Assembly: GCA_009859145.1 (NCBI GenBank)
Contig: VRVR01000042.1
Coordinates: 85,384-149,383, forward strand
DNA from: Andalucia godoyi And28
Taxonomy: Eukaryota; Protista; Jakobida
DNA: 64,000 bases
Reading direction: 5' to 3'
Notes under the pieces: model-generated
The model's input: the letters and a program-made list of their open reading frames with translations, nothing else
Told to the model about the DNA's origin: nothing
Databases searched by the model: none
Made by a program: the position numbers and the translations under genes
Shown: in pieces, positions 10,760-20,792 of the stretch
Layout of the letters: every line of letters starts with the position of its first letter
Numbering within the stretch: the first letter of the stretch is position 1

Positions 10760-11900
10760 GTTTAGACATGGAGGTGGGGGGTGGGAGCAATATGTCATTC
10801 CAAAAAACAATCGGAAGACATAAAACGGCCCAATAACTGTCCATTTTGAAAGCATGATTTGCTGAACATCGGTTTTCATCCGTTTGAGCTGTCTCAGATA
10901 ATTGGAGGAGATACTAAATCTGCCTTTGCCGCAAGAAACTCGCTGGTGAATACCGAGGAACACCTATGCTGAATCACCGTCCGCAAGGTCGTTCAGAGAC
11001 AACCGGAGCTCGGGAATACCGGCCAATCTAAAAGAGGTCGCAACAGGGCATTCCAGGCACACACATGCACTCCTGGCAGCTGCGTGGTCCTCGAAGGGAA
11101 CCTCATTGACAAGAATGTGCAACAGCAAATCGGGAAGCGATTAAAAATCACGAAACTAGTCTGCAAACGCGGATCGGAGAACACCATCTGGAAGCTGCAG
11201 CGGTGGTTCTGTTCAAAACGTCGGTAACTGAAGGTGTACGAAAACTGACACATTGTACTTGCGACTGCTGCAAACCGCAATAAGTGCATCTGCTCTTCTA
11301 AACCATGCTGCCGACGGACTGCGGTGGGTAGATTTGTCAGAAAGCTTGTCAGAGGGAAGCAATGAATTGACGTTCTCTTGAAACCCCCGGGACTGTCTGC
11401 AACTGTGGCGTGCAAGGAACACTCTTAAAAATCAGCATAAGGCTGTCGACGATTCTTGCCTTGTTAGAATAACTCAGTACAGTCTTATATCCAAATCTGT
11501 CAGATATTAGTGCATTTAGCTTTACGTCGCAAATTTTCCCTGCGGTGTTTGGCAAATGGTTACAGGAATATGTTAGGTATCAAATGGAAAAACATTCTCA
11601 TATCATGGGTGATTACCTTTCAGGATGAAACAAACCAGATCCCAGGTTGATTACGCAAAAACACCTCCGGAAAGAAATAAAATGTAAAGCAAAGTGCTTT
11701 CCTATCCTGAAAGAAATAGCTGCAACGCAGACATCACATGGACATATTCTGACAGGTTGCAGGTAACTCACCGAACAGAGAGCGTCTTGACCACCGTTCG
11801 TGGATCAGTAAGATTTGAATGCGAGTCTGTGGCTTCTGACATGGCGATTCTCCAAAACTACTCTCTTGTCGCCTCTCCGTCTCACAACCTCATCAGTTGA
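10760..11900 (+). pseudogene. Possible highly decayed hAT-superfamily transposase
   Basis: Across shifting frames and in hAT order: GGGSNM (~DNxSNM), CPF*KHDLLNI (~CxxHxLNL), LPQETRW, ASALLN (~AxxLDP), FPILKEIA and ...SDMAILQNY (~dimerisation domain). Many stops; no TIRs found. Confidence 0.3.
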
Positions 11901-13019
11901 AAAATTGGTAAGCTTACTTTATCCAGTGTTATCCATCGTCCGGCGGAGTCTCCGAACAAACATCCTCAGTGGTCTCCACTTGTCACGAATTGTCTGATTA
12001 TTCAGAAAAGATATCGTTTGCATTCATCTGCGATGTATGGTATTTGAGTCATCATGCTGTTTTGCACAAAGAGAGCGCAAGCGCCGGGTTCCACACCTCT
12101 AGCTTTCGTCGAGCTGCTCGCTGAGTGTGCAATTCTGAATGTGTGTTTCCGCATGAATCTGAGCTGTTCACTCTTTTTGCGTGAAGAGAGTTTTGTCTTC
12201 TTGTGGAACACCACCAGCCAAAATCTCGTCACTGCGTGCCTGTTGTGCCGCGTAATCAGCATTTCTTGATTTCTGCTTCTTTCGGATTCCCCCCTTTTTA
12301 GGAATTGTTTCGTGATCATGTTCGAGTTTCATTTTCCCGCCGGCATCTGAAGTCCAGCCTCCAGCCAGTCAGTTTCTCTTGGTGGTAATGCACGTTGAGG
12401 CACTCCACGGCTGAGTATTCGATCTTCTGCTACAGAAAGACGTGTCGTGTTTTTAATGCTTCTGGACTACTCTTCATCTGTCCTTCTCATTCCTTTTCCT
12501 TTCGGTTTCTCCTTTGAACGTCATTGTTTTTGGCTTTACAATGTTGTTTTCTCCCGCCCCCATCATGTACTGTTTTGCATTGATATGCCGAAAATCTCGA
12601 ATGTCGCGCCTTGAACGTTGCAGCTCATGCATGGAGGGAAGTGACTCAGGCGCTGCCCGTTCCTAACCAATCGTTTGTGCACGATGTCGCGGTTTTTTGT
12701 TTGTTGACGAAGCATTGCGCAATGTTTCTCTCGTTTGCAGAAAATCAGGATGGGCAGTTCTCTTTTGGGTGTTATTACCACTTCCGGAGTTCGTCAGTTC
12801 TGTAATGGAGGGGGGGGGGGGTGTTCCGGTTCGATGTGTTGTTGTTCTTTGGGGGTTTTTGCGAATCGGATGTCCGTCCCTGCCGTACTTGTCAACCCGT
12901 TGTCGACATGTGTCTATCTGTGATTCTCTTCATTTCTTTTTGAGCCAACAAAAAATAAATAAATCACAGCCAGGTTTGTGGAAATAGATCGGCTTTCTCA
13001 CAAGCAAGGTTGGCAACGC

Positions 13020-14891
13020 ATGTCTCGGTCTTCGCTGAGTGATTTCGAAATCCTTCGAGAAATAGGCCGTGGATCGTATGGTGTTGTTTTCAAGGTGCGG
13101 AGGAAAACAGACGGGCTGATCTATGTTATCAAACAGATCAACATTTCACAGTTGTCTGAAAAAGAGCAGCACGATGCCGTGTCCGAGGTGAAGATTCTGG
13201 GGTCCATTTCGTCCCCACATGTCGTTAGATACTATGATTCGTTTATCGACGATGGGAAACTGAATATTGTGATGGAAATCGCAGAACACGGCTCTCTACA
13301 TGATTTGATCCGTCGATCTCAAGGCAAAAAGCTGTTGGAGAACACTATCTGGAATTTTTCGATCCAGATCTGCATCGGGCTCTACCACATCCATACTAGC
13401 AAAGTTCTCCACAGAGACATCAAGTCAATGAACATATTTCTGGATTCGAAAGACCAAGTGAAGATCGGTGACTTTGGTGTAGCAAAAGTGTTGGAAACAA
13501 CTTCCCATATGGCCGACACACTCGTCGGCACTCCGTACTATCTTTCTCCCGAGCTGTGCGAGAACAAGCCGTACAATTCCAAGTCCGATGTGTGGGCGTT
13601 GGGTTGCATCCTATATGAACTTACAACCCTCAAGCATCCTTTCGATGCTGCTAATCAAGGGGCCTTGATTTTGAAAATTGTCCGTGGAAAGTATCCTCCC
13701 ATTCCGTCTGTGTACAGTGCGGAGCTTCGAGAACTGGTGGACATTTGTCTTTCCAGAAATGTGGCCAAGCGGCCGACCGTGGAGGAGATTCTGCGCAAAC
13801 CTTCTGTCATTGCTAAAGCAAGGGCTCTCAAGATATCGACGTTTCCATCCGAATTACTGACCCGGAATTCAGCGCCACCGAGTTCATCAAGACTTGAGGG
13901 ATATGATGCAAAGGTCGATACTGGTGCTAGCGGACCTCGCGATAATGTGAACAATGACCGTCCACCTCGTCCAGCATCGGCCTCCAGACGACTGCCACCA
14001 GGGTCGATTTCGCATCAACCACGAGTGCGGGCGCGCCCCGGTTTGCGAACCACGCAGATGTCGCCTCCGGCAAGAGCTCCGGTTCCAGTTCATATGCCGC
14101 CAGCACCAAGTGCTGTGCTGCCACCCTCTGCTTCCTCCTCCAATGTGCCTGTTGTCGCCGTACCTCCTGCTGGACACAAAGTGTATCGAGAAGATTCATC
14201 CGTTTCGAACATCAGCGGTTGTTCCACACAGAGAAACCGGGTGAGCATCCGCGATCTCCAGCGCGAAGAAGCGAGATTTCAAGACATTGCGGACGTTGGT
14301 CGCCTTCCGGATATTCCTCATGGAAAGGTAGCATCCGTTACAAACAATGCACTGGAAAGTGAGAAGTCGGACAGCGATTCTTTTGTAGAACTCTCTGACG
14401 ATGACGTGGAAATCTACGAACCTCCTTCAGATGGAATTGAAGGCCAAGTAATTGAAGGGGAGGATGTGAAATGGAACGTATCAGAAGATCCTAGTCATTT
14501 TGGGGCACTCGAGCGAAAGCGACTGAGGGAGATCAACGCACTTCTGGATAGGTGTTCGGAATTGCGAGGGACGTTAGAAGAATCGCTTCTCCTGTGCCAA
14601 AAGCGGATCGGGGTGGCGAAGACGAAGGAAGTGTTGGATTTTTTGCGCAGCATTGCCGATGAAAACGATGCTAATGACGATCTGCAGCTGGACGAGGAAG
14701 CTCTCGAGCGACGAGAGAGGGCTAAAGCCGAAGAGGTGCATCGTTTTGTATTTGGCCGTATCGCTTTTACAGATGCAGATCTTATTACCATGTTCTACAA
14801 AGTACTGTATTGCGAGAATGAGATGCGGGACACTGAGTGTCAGATTACAAATTTAATACCTTCCAACGCAAGTCTCTCCAAAGTCTTATAG
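13020..14891 (+). CDS. NIMA-related (NEK) Ser/Thr kinase
   Basis: IGRGSYG, VIKQI, HRDIKSMNIF, KIGDFGVAK, VGTPYYLSPELCENKPYNSKSDVWALG; Pro/Ser-rich linker and helical C-terminus. Confidence 0.96.
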   Translation: MSRSSLSDFEILREIGRGSYGVVFKVRRKTDGLIYVIKQINISQLSEKEQHDAVSEVKILGSISSPHVVRYYDSFIDDGKLNIVMEIAEHGSLHDLIRRSQGKKLLENTIWNFSIQICIGLYHIHTSKVLHRDIKSMNIFLDSKDQVKIGDFGVAKVLETTSHMADTLVGTPYYLSPELCENKPYNSKSDVWALGCILYELTTLKHPFDAANQGALILKIVRGKYPPIPSVYSAELRELVDICLSRNVAKRPTVEEILRKPSVIAKARALKISTFPSELLTRNSAPPSSSRLEGYDAKVDTGASGPRDNVNNDRPPRPASASRRLPPGSISHQPRVRARPGLRTTQMSPPARAPVPVHMPPAPSAVLPPSASSSNVPVVAVPPAGHKVYREDSSVSNISGCSTQRNRVSIRDLQREEARFQDIADVGRLPDIPHGKVASVTNNALESEKSDSDSFVELSDDDVEIYEPPSDGIEGQVIEGEDVKWNVSEDPSHFGALERKRLREINALLDRCSELRGTLEESLLLCQKRIGVAKTKEVLDFLRSIADENDANDDLQLDEEALERRERAKAEEVHRFVFGRIAFTDADLITMFYKVLYCENEMRDTECQITNLIPSNASLSKVL

Positions 14892-15425
14892 CATGAGGAA
14901 CAGCAATGTGGCAGTCAGCTTGTGACTTTTTTTTTGGTGTCAAAACTTTTGTTCTGAAAAGTCGTTGGAATCTTGCTCCTCACGGTTCACAGACTGCACA
15001 AATTCGGTGTGTGTGCGTGCATTCAGGTCATTTTTTGAGCACCGGGTGCTGTCGCTAACGTGAGATCCACGCACGCCACCTCTGTGCGTTGACATTTTTA
15101 TTTCCAATGGACGTAACTGGAGTCCGCGGAAGTCCTGAGACTATCTTGAATGTGGGGGGTCGTCATCGGGGGATGGGGAAACGATAAATCCCCTGTTTCC
15201 TTGCAGATGATTCCGAGCCTTGAGATGCTCCGACGCAATAAAGTATTAATGCAGCCAATCATAGCGCACACCCCGTTGTCGATGGCGACTTTACAGTTTT
15301 GTGGCTTGAGTCCGCTGTGTGCTTTTCCTTTATGAAAATCCATCTCTTGAAAATCCGGAATCGCTCTGCGCTGTGCAATTCTTGTTGTGAATTTCTATCT
15401 CGTTCCTTGCGAGAATTTCTTCATT

Positions 15426-17039
15426 ATGTCTTCTCACCGTCTTTTCGGAACCTCAGTATCGTCGTTGCAGAATTCTGCAGTTTTTCGAATTCGAGGAGCT
15501 GTGCTGAAGGAGGATTTTGAGAATGCACACCGAATTTTCCAACATACCGTTCAAAAGTGTCGTGCGATTCGCAGTTCTGCGAATGTCACGTTTTCCCCGA
15601 AACAAAGTCTCCTATGTGCTGCCTCCACATACGCCAAGTTATCAGGGGACGATAAATATATATCAGAAGTGAAGAAGCTGGTATCATCATTTGGAATTCC
15701 GAAACTGCAGCACGCCTCTTCAATTGAATCAGAGTTGTTTCTTGCTTGCTCTCGGCAAGAATTTCATCTTGCCTGCAGCCTTCTTGACAAGCTGGAAGAC
15801 AAGGCACCTGCTGTGAAAATTCTTTTGTCTGCTCTATCATCATCACTGATTAGTGTGTTCAACAACGAGAGCATACTCAATTCCGTGGGCAAACGGACAG
15901 CTGCGACAGTTGCCGGTTCACTGCGCGTTTCCGAGAACATGTCCTGGACTGATGCTCGAGAATTATACAAATCTGTGCGCGCTCATCATTCTTCCTTGTC
16001 GGAACAGATTGAAAACACAGACATGATTGTTTTGTTTGCCGACGTCTTGCACAATTTGAACAGTCATCGAGACGTCTATGTGCAACGCATCGAATCATTT
16101 ATTGTTGACCATCCACAAGCACAATATATGAACCTCTGGAGACAGTTTCCACTGCCTCTCATGAAATCCGTTCCTTCCTTACTTGATCGCCAAGTATTCG
16201 CTGGAATCATCAGGTGCTTGGAATTGTTGCGAGCTCCCTTGCAAACGAAATGTTCCGTTCTACGAGACGCCTCTCATAAGGCTGGGGGCATTTCCATTTG
16301 CACTGCATTATTCGATTCTAGTATGCAGCAGTTCCGTCAGATGCAAAACTCTGGGACCGAAGCTGTGAACGACGAGTTGCATACATTGTTTTCGTGTTTT
16401 CGGTTTTACATGCGTAGCATTGTGCGTGCTCGACGTTGGGAGGCCGCCTTAGAGCTTGTGGACCATTCTTTCTTGCAGCAGTCGGAGAGTTTAGACCTGT
16501 TAGGAACCCAGTTTTCCCTTGCATCGTATCTGATCAAACATTCCATTTTGCGACCGGATTTCAAGAATCAGTCCGTCTTCCCCGATCTGACTGCAATGTC
16601 TCGTGTTGCAAATGACATGCTGAAACAGGCGTTCTTGTATCCGGCGGTGTATCCACATGCAATTGGACCTGGCAGCGAGATCTCCTCGGAACTTCAAAGT
16701 GGATATCCGTGGAGACGGACAGAAATGCTGTTGGTTCTGTTTTCATTTTACTCCAACACTGAAATCCAAGACTTCTCAAGGGCGATTGAAACACTTGATG
16801 TTCTGCGGACGAGCGCATCTGCAGTTCAGCCATCCGAACGGGCATGTGCCAACCTCGTTTCCGGGGTTCTCCAACGGATGCAGACCGAAACTGCGCGATG
16901 TGCCGTGCATGAGAGGCTGCTTGCGGATCCGCAGAAGTTCCTGAGCGGTCCGCACTGGGACTACACATACCTTATGGATTCAGGAGCGGGCACGCGTTCT
17001 ATTCCATCCTTATTCAATTTTGAAGAAGACGAAGACTAG
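15426..17039 (+). CDS. Hypothetical helical-repeat protein (PPR/TPR-like), possibly organelle-targeted
   Basis: ~537-aa ORF from MSSHRLFG with helical-repeat-like segments (RARRWEAALELV, DFSRAIETLDVL). Family not confirmed. Confidence 0.7.
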   Translation: MSSHRLFGTSVSSLQNSAVFRIRGAVLKEDFENAHRIFQHTVQKCRAIRSSANVTFSPKQSLLCAASTYAKLSGDDKYISEVKKLVSSFGIPKLQHASSIESELFLACSRQEFHLACSLLDKLEDKAPAVKILLSALSSSLISVFNNESILNSVGKRTAATVAGSLRVSENMSWTDARELYKSVRAHHSSLSEQIENTDMIVLFADVLHNLNSHRDVYVQRIESFIVDHPQAQYMNLWRQFPLPLMKSVPSLLDRQVFAGIIRCLELLRAPLQTKCSVLRDASHKAGGISICTALFDSSMQQFRQMQNSGTEAVNDELHTLFSCFRFYMRSIVRARRWEAALELVDHSFLQQSESLDLLGTQFSLASYLIKHSILRPDFKNQSVFPDLTAMSRVANDMLKQAFLYPAVYPHAIGPGSEISSELQSGYPWRRTEMLLVLFSFYSNTEIQDFSRAIETLDVLRTSASAVQPSERACANLVSGVLQRMQTETARCAVHERLLADPQKFLSGPHWDYTYLMDSGAGTRSIPSLFNFEEDED

Positions 17040-17078
17040 AGAAACCCCCTCTTCCCTTCCCTCCTAGAGAGCTGTTGT

Positions 17079-17399
17079 TCACATTCCAATTTTCTGTCGC
17101 TTCGGTTCGGGCATTTCAAATGCAGAAACTAGCTCTTCAAAGTGCTTGCGCTGTGACTCGGTATCTTCGAAACCGTCTTCCGCATCATCGTCTGTCTCCA
17201 CTTTTTCGGGCATTGCAATAGACGAGTACTGTGCAATAAATGTTGTTAACACGCTGTTCACAGCTACGCGCATCAAGTTCGCACTCTCTTGCAGGCGAAC
17301 AATACCCGACGACAGAATGGGCTTGTCATCCGGAAGTCGCACTTGGGAAATGCCATCGGGAGCCACTACAAATCCCCGGACAACAGGCACTAGACTCAT
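17079..17399 (-). CDS. Small protein with GON7/C14orf142 (KEOPS subunit)-like layout
   Basis: 106 aa: short beta region (GFVVAPDG..QVRL), amphipathic helix LQESANLMRVAVNSVLTTFI, acidic tract, terminal NLS-like PKRQK. Confidence 0.45.
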   Translation of the reverse strand: MSLVPVVRGFVVAPDGISQVRLPDDKPILSSGIVRLQESANLMRVAVNSVLTTFIAQYSSIAMPEKVETDDDAEDGFEDTESQRKHFEELVSAFEMPEPKRQKIGM

Positions 17400-17644
17400 C
17401 AGATCCAAGCTACTCGGGAGAGACCGATGGAGACCGATGGAGACGAATGGAAGCAAAATCTCCCAATACCCTTTTGGATTTTTTGAATTTGGTTTTGCAA
17501 ATGTGTGTGGGAGAAGATGAGGTGTTTTCTTTTTTGTTTTTTCGCATTTAACGGATTGGAATCACTTGATGCAAGCTGCCTCGGGCTTTCTTTGCAGTTT
17601 TTTGCTGCTTGTTAGCCTAACGAACCTGAAATCCGGCACAAAGC

Positions 17645-17653
17645 TAACCCTAG
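17645..17653 (+). promoter_or_regulatory. Telo-box-like motif TAACCCTAG upstream of RPS15
   Basis: Same 9-mer occurs in reverse orientation just upstream of RPLP2 (22061..22069). Confidence 0.4.
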
Positions 17654-17786
17654 CTCCCCAATAGCCATTTTTTCCCCTGCAAGCCCAGTTTTTTTTTCCT
17701 TTGCTCAATTTTTCAATTTTGTTCGTCTCGAATCTGGTTTTTTTCTTTTTCTTTTTGTTGTGACCGAGCACCTATACTCCTCAAGC

Positions 17787-18422
17787 ATGGCAGACAAGAG
17801 CACTAAGTTGGAGGAACTTAAGAAGAAGCGTACCTTCCGCAAGTATTCGTTCCGTGGAGTCGAACTCGACAACCTCCTGGATCTCAATGACGAGCAGTTT
17901 GCCCAGATGCTTACTTGCCGCCATCGCCGAAAGTTCAACCGAGGCGTCAAGCTTGGAGTGCAGACCCTTCTGAAGAAGTGCCGCAAGTCCGTATGTGTCT
18001 TTTTTCGTTTTTCTTTCTTTCTTTTTTGCAGATTGTCAACGAGATGACATACTATATGGGAATCTCTCTGAGTCTTTTGATGATTACTTTTACTTCTGAT
18101 TGGCAAATCTGTTTCTGGTTTTTGTTTATGAACTTGGTTACTGATGAGGTGTTTTGTTTTTCCACATGTTTAGAAGAAGGACCTCAAGATTGGTGAGAAG
18201 CCTGAGCCCGTGAAGACTCATCTTCGTAACGTTACCATTGTTCCCGATATGATCGGCTCTGTCATCGGAGTGTACAACGGAAAGGGTTTTGTTGCAGTCG
18301 ATGTCAAGGCAGACATGCTCGGATACTACCTTGGTGAGTTCGCACTTACCTACAAGCCTGTCGGTCACGGTCGTGCTGGTGCCGCTGCCACTGCCGCCGC
18401 CGCCAAGTTTATGCCGGTTTAA
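17787..18422 (+). CDS. RPS15: 40S ribosomal protein S15 (uS19); join(17787..17990,18174..18422)
   Basis: [21 protein letters not shown]... and ...[29 protein letters not shown]...[16 protein letters not shown]. Phase-0 intron GTATGT(17991)...TTTAG(18173). Confidence 0.97.
18029..18111 (+). ncRNA. Intronic box C/D snoRNA (SNORD79/U79-like guide)
   Basis: Terminal stem CAGATT-GTCAA / TTGGC-A-AATCTG; box C variant GAGATGA 18041-47; D' CTGA 18068-71; C' TGATGA 18078-83; D CTGA 18096-99. D' guide TGGGAATCTC is antisense to conserved LSU rRNA GAGAUUCCCA. Confidence 0.8.
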
Positions 18423-19425
18423 GAATGTTTTAGATTGGTTCTGTTTGTAAATCAAGCGTTTTCTTTTCTTTTCGTCGTTGTGCGCGTGCTCTTTTCTTCT
18501 TTTCTTCGTTCACATTTTCCTTTTGGATGTTGCGGGGCGTGCTCTCCGTCTCGGCCTTGCAGTGCATTGCACAACCGACGCATCGCATTGCAGCTCGGTC
18601 ATCCATTACTGAGCGGTGATTGGGGGAGGTGATGCGGGCCATTGGCCCATTGCGACCATTTGCAAGCGGCCAGCAGAGAGCTGCTCTCCCTACTGTAGTC
18701 AAACGAAAACGGACCGCTCGCCAAATCATGAATCATTATTGACCACCGGATAAGGACAGATCCAAGCCACATGCCTTTTTGTTTTGTTTTTCATTTGAAG
18801 GCGAGCACCAACTCTTCAATGCAGTTTGCACTGCATCAAAGGGTCATCGCAGCCAGCATATTCTCCCAGTCGATTCAACATTCATAAAGGAACGTTGGAG
18901 GAACAGAATGTAGTCGGCGAACGACGCCGCGCCTGACGACGCTTTTGTCTTTGCTCCTTCTTGTTCTCTGACTTGAAAAAAAAGTGCATTCCGAACGCAA
19001 TTCGATCTCACATCTTCGTGATGTGATGATCATCGGCTTGCTCAGCAAGTTGCGACGAGAGGGGAATCAATGGGTTTCTTGGCTCTCGGTATCTCCGGGC
19101 ACGGCCGGTTTGAGTTTGCTGGGAAGACTCCTCTTTGGAGCCATGAGATGTGCCTCGTCTCTGATGAAAGGTGCTGCTTGAGGGTTCGATAAAAGACAAA
19201 CAGAAAATAATTGAATGAAAGAAGAAAAAAATGTGAAGAATGAAGAAAATTCTGGACTTGACTACGGTAGGAAACATTGTACTGTTTGATGCTCAATGTT
19301 GATACACAAAACGGTCAACCGTTGTTGATATCTGATTTTTCCCCTCCGGTTTCCGCCACCAGTCAAATTATTTATTTCTCCCTCCCTTCCTTTTTTGTGT
19401 TTTATTTATCGATTTAGAAAGCTAG

Positions 19426-20403
19426 ATGACGTCCAAGACAGCCTTGCAGTTCGCCCCTCCAGCAACCATAGCGGTCGATAAACAAGAACCACAGACACCG
19501 CAGAGCGAATCCTCTGGCGGCGGTCCTCGCTCCCCGACGCTGAGACTTGTTCAGCTGCAAGAAGAGGAGACGACTTTGGTGAACCGTATCGACGAATCCG
19601 AACAAGCAGGAAAGTTTATTGATGCTCAGAGCGCGATTACACGTCTTAAAGAAGTTCGTATTGGAATTGTGAAGCTTCAACAGGAGATTTTGTCGTTGGA
19701 GTATGACAAAAAGATGGGTGAGCTGCGATCCAAGCAGCAAGAGGAAGTTGCTGCCTTCCTTGCGGCTTGGGACAGAAAAATGCGAGATTTTGATTGCCAA
19801 AGTGAGCGCATTCTTGAAGCAGCGAAGGAACGCCTACGAGCAGAGTATGAAGAAATAGAGAAGCAACACGTTCACCGATCAGAGTCGGAAGCCCAAACAC
19901 CGCGTTATTCGGGCAAAATTCTTTCCATGAAGAAGTCTCTTGAGCTGCTTGTGAGAAATCGGGACTATCTCGGAGCAGAGAACATGAGAAGATGCATTCT
20001 GGAAGCCGAGAAGCAGGAATTGGCGCGCAATTCGGCGTCGAACAAGGATGCCTTGCAGCGAAAAATGTCGGCAATTGTGCTCAAGCAGAAGACGGAGATG
20101 AAAGCTCTTGCGCAAAGAATCAAGATTGGAAAAGATGATCTCCTCAAGCAGAGGAGAGATGAATTGGACCGATTGCTCAAATCTCACCAGATTGTGCTTC
20201 AGGAAATCGAATCTGCAAAGAAGGTTGGCGAGGCCAAGACTGCGATTGTTCTGGATCGACAGGGACATGCCGTGGCGACCACACCACGCAGACTTGCTTT
20301 TGATGGATCCTTGTTTAGCAAAGCACCTGCGTCTCCCCGACCAGTTTCTCTCGACGTTTCTCAACGAACCGCTGCCCGCCCGCAATCCGCCAAGACTCGT
20401 TGA
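19426..20403 (+). CDS. Coiled-coil hypothetical protein
   Basis: 325-aa ORF, heptad-rich (FLAAWDRKMRDF, TPRYSGKILSMKK..LVRNRDY); resembles an uncharacterised family I recall from flagellated protists. Confidence 0.8.
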   Translation: MTSKTALQFAPPATIAVDKQEPQTPQSESSGGGPRSPTLRLVQLQEEETTLVNRIDESEQAGKFIDAQSAITRLKEVRIGIVKLQQEILSLEYDKKMGELRSKQQEEVAAFLAAWDRKMRDFDCQSERILEAAKERLRAEYEEIEKQHVHRSESEAQTPRYSGKILSMKKSLELLVRNRDYLGAENMRRCILEAEKQELARNSASNKDALQRKMSAIVLKQKTEMKALAQRIKIGKDDLLKQRRDELDRLLKSHQIVLQEIESAKKVGEAKTAIVLDRQGHAVATTPRRLAFDGSLFSKAPASPRPVSLDVSQRTAARPQSAKTR

Positions 20404-20792
20404 GGAAATGTCATTTTGGCTAGCGACTGATTATAGTTTCAGTCTATGTATTCTTGACTTTTCTCGTATCAGGGGCTTTCTTCGAGTCTCAGAAATGTAA
20501 AGTAGTGTTATTGCGGTCTTATTGTCACTTTTGCAACGGATCGTGCCTTTTTTTTGTTGAAAAAGTCCGTAATCCACCGAGGGGTGACGGCGTCTCACTT
20601 CTTCAAGTCTCGACAGAAGTGTTTTCTTCTTCCGTCTTTTCTTTGCACGCCTCCTGTCCCGACTTCATTTGTCCGTTCTCTCCAACATCCAACATTCAGC
20701 ACTGACCTCCCAAGGATTTCAGTATCTCATAATATACTGATCCTGCGTGTTATTCTGCTGATCCGAGTTTCGACGAATCAATGTTTTGAGAA

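Noticed and set aside
15120-15320. GGAAGTCCTGAGACTA resembles RNase P/MRP CR-I (human GGAAGGTCTGAGACTA); ACAGTTTTGTGGCTTGA downstream is CR-V-like
   Set aside because: Only ~5 bp of P4 pairing is possible and no convincing P1/P2 helices were found. A quick Infernal run would settle it, but it is not supportable by eye.
19155-19200. CTGATGA as a hammerhead ribozyme core
   Set aside because: No GAAA after a stem II and no stem I/III arrangement.
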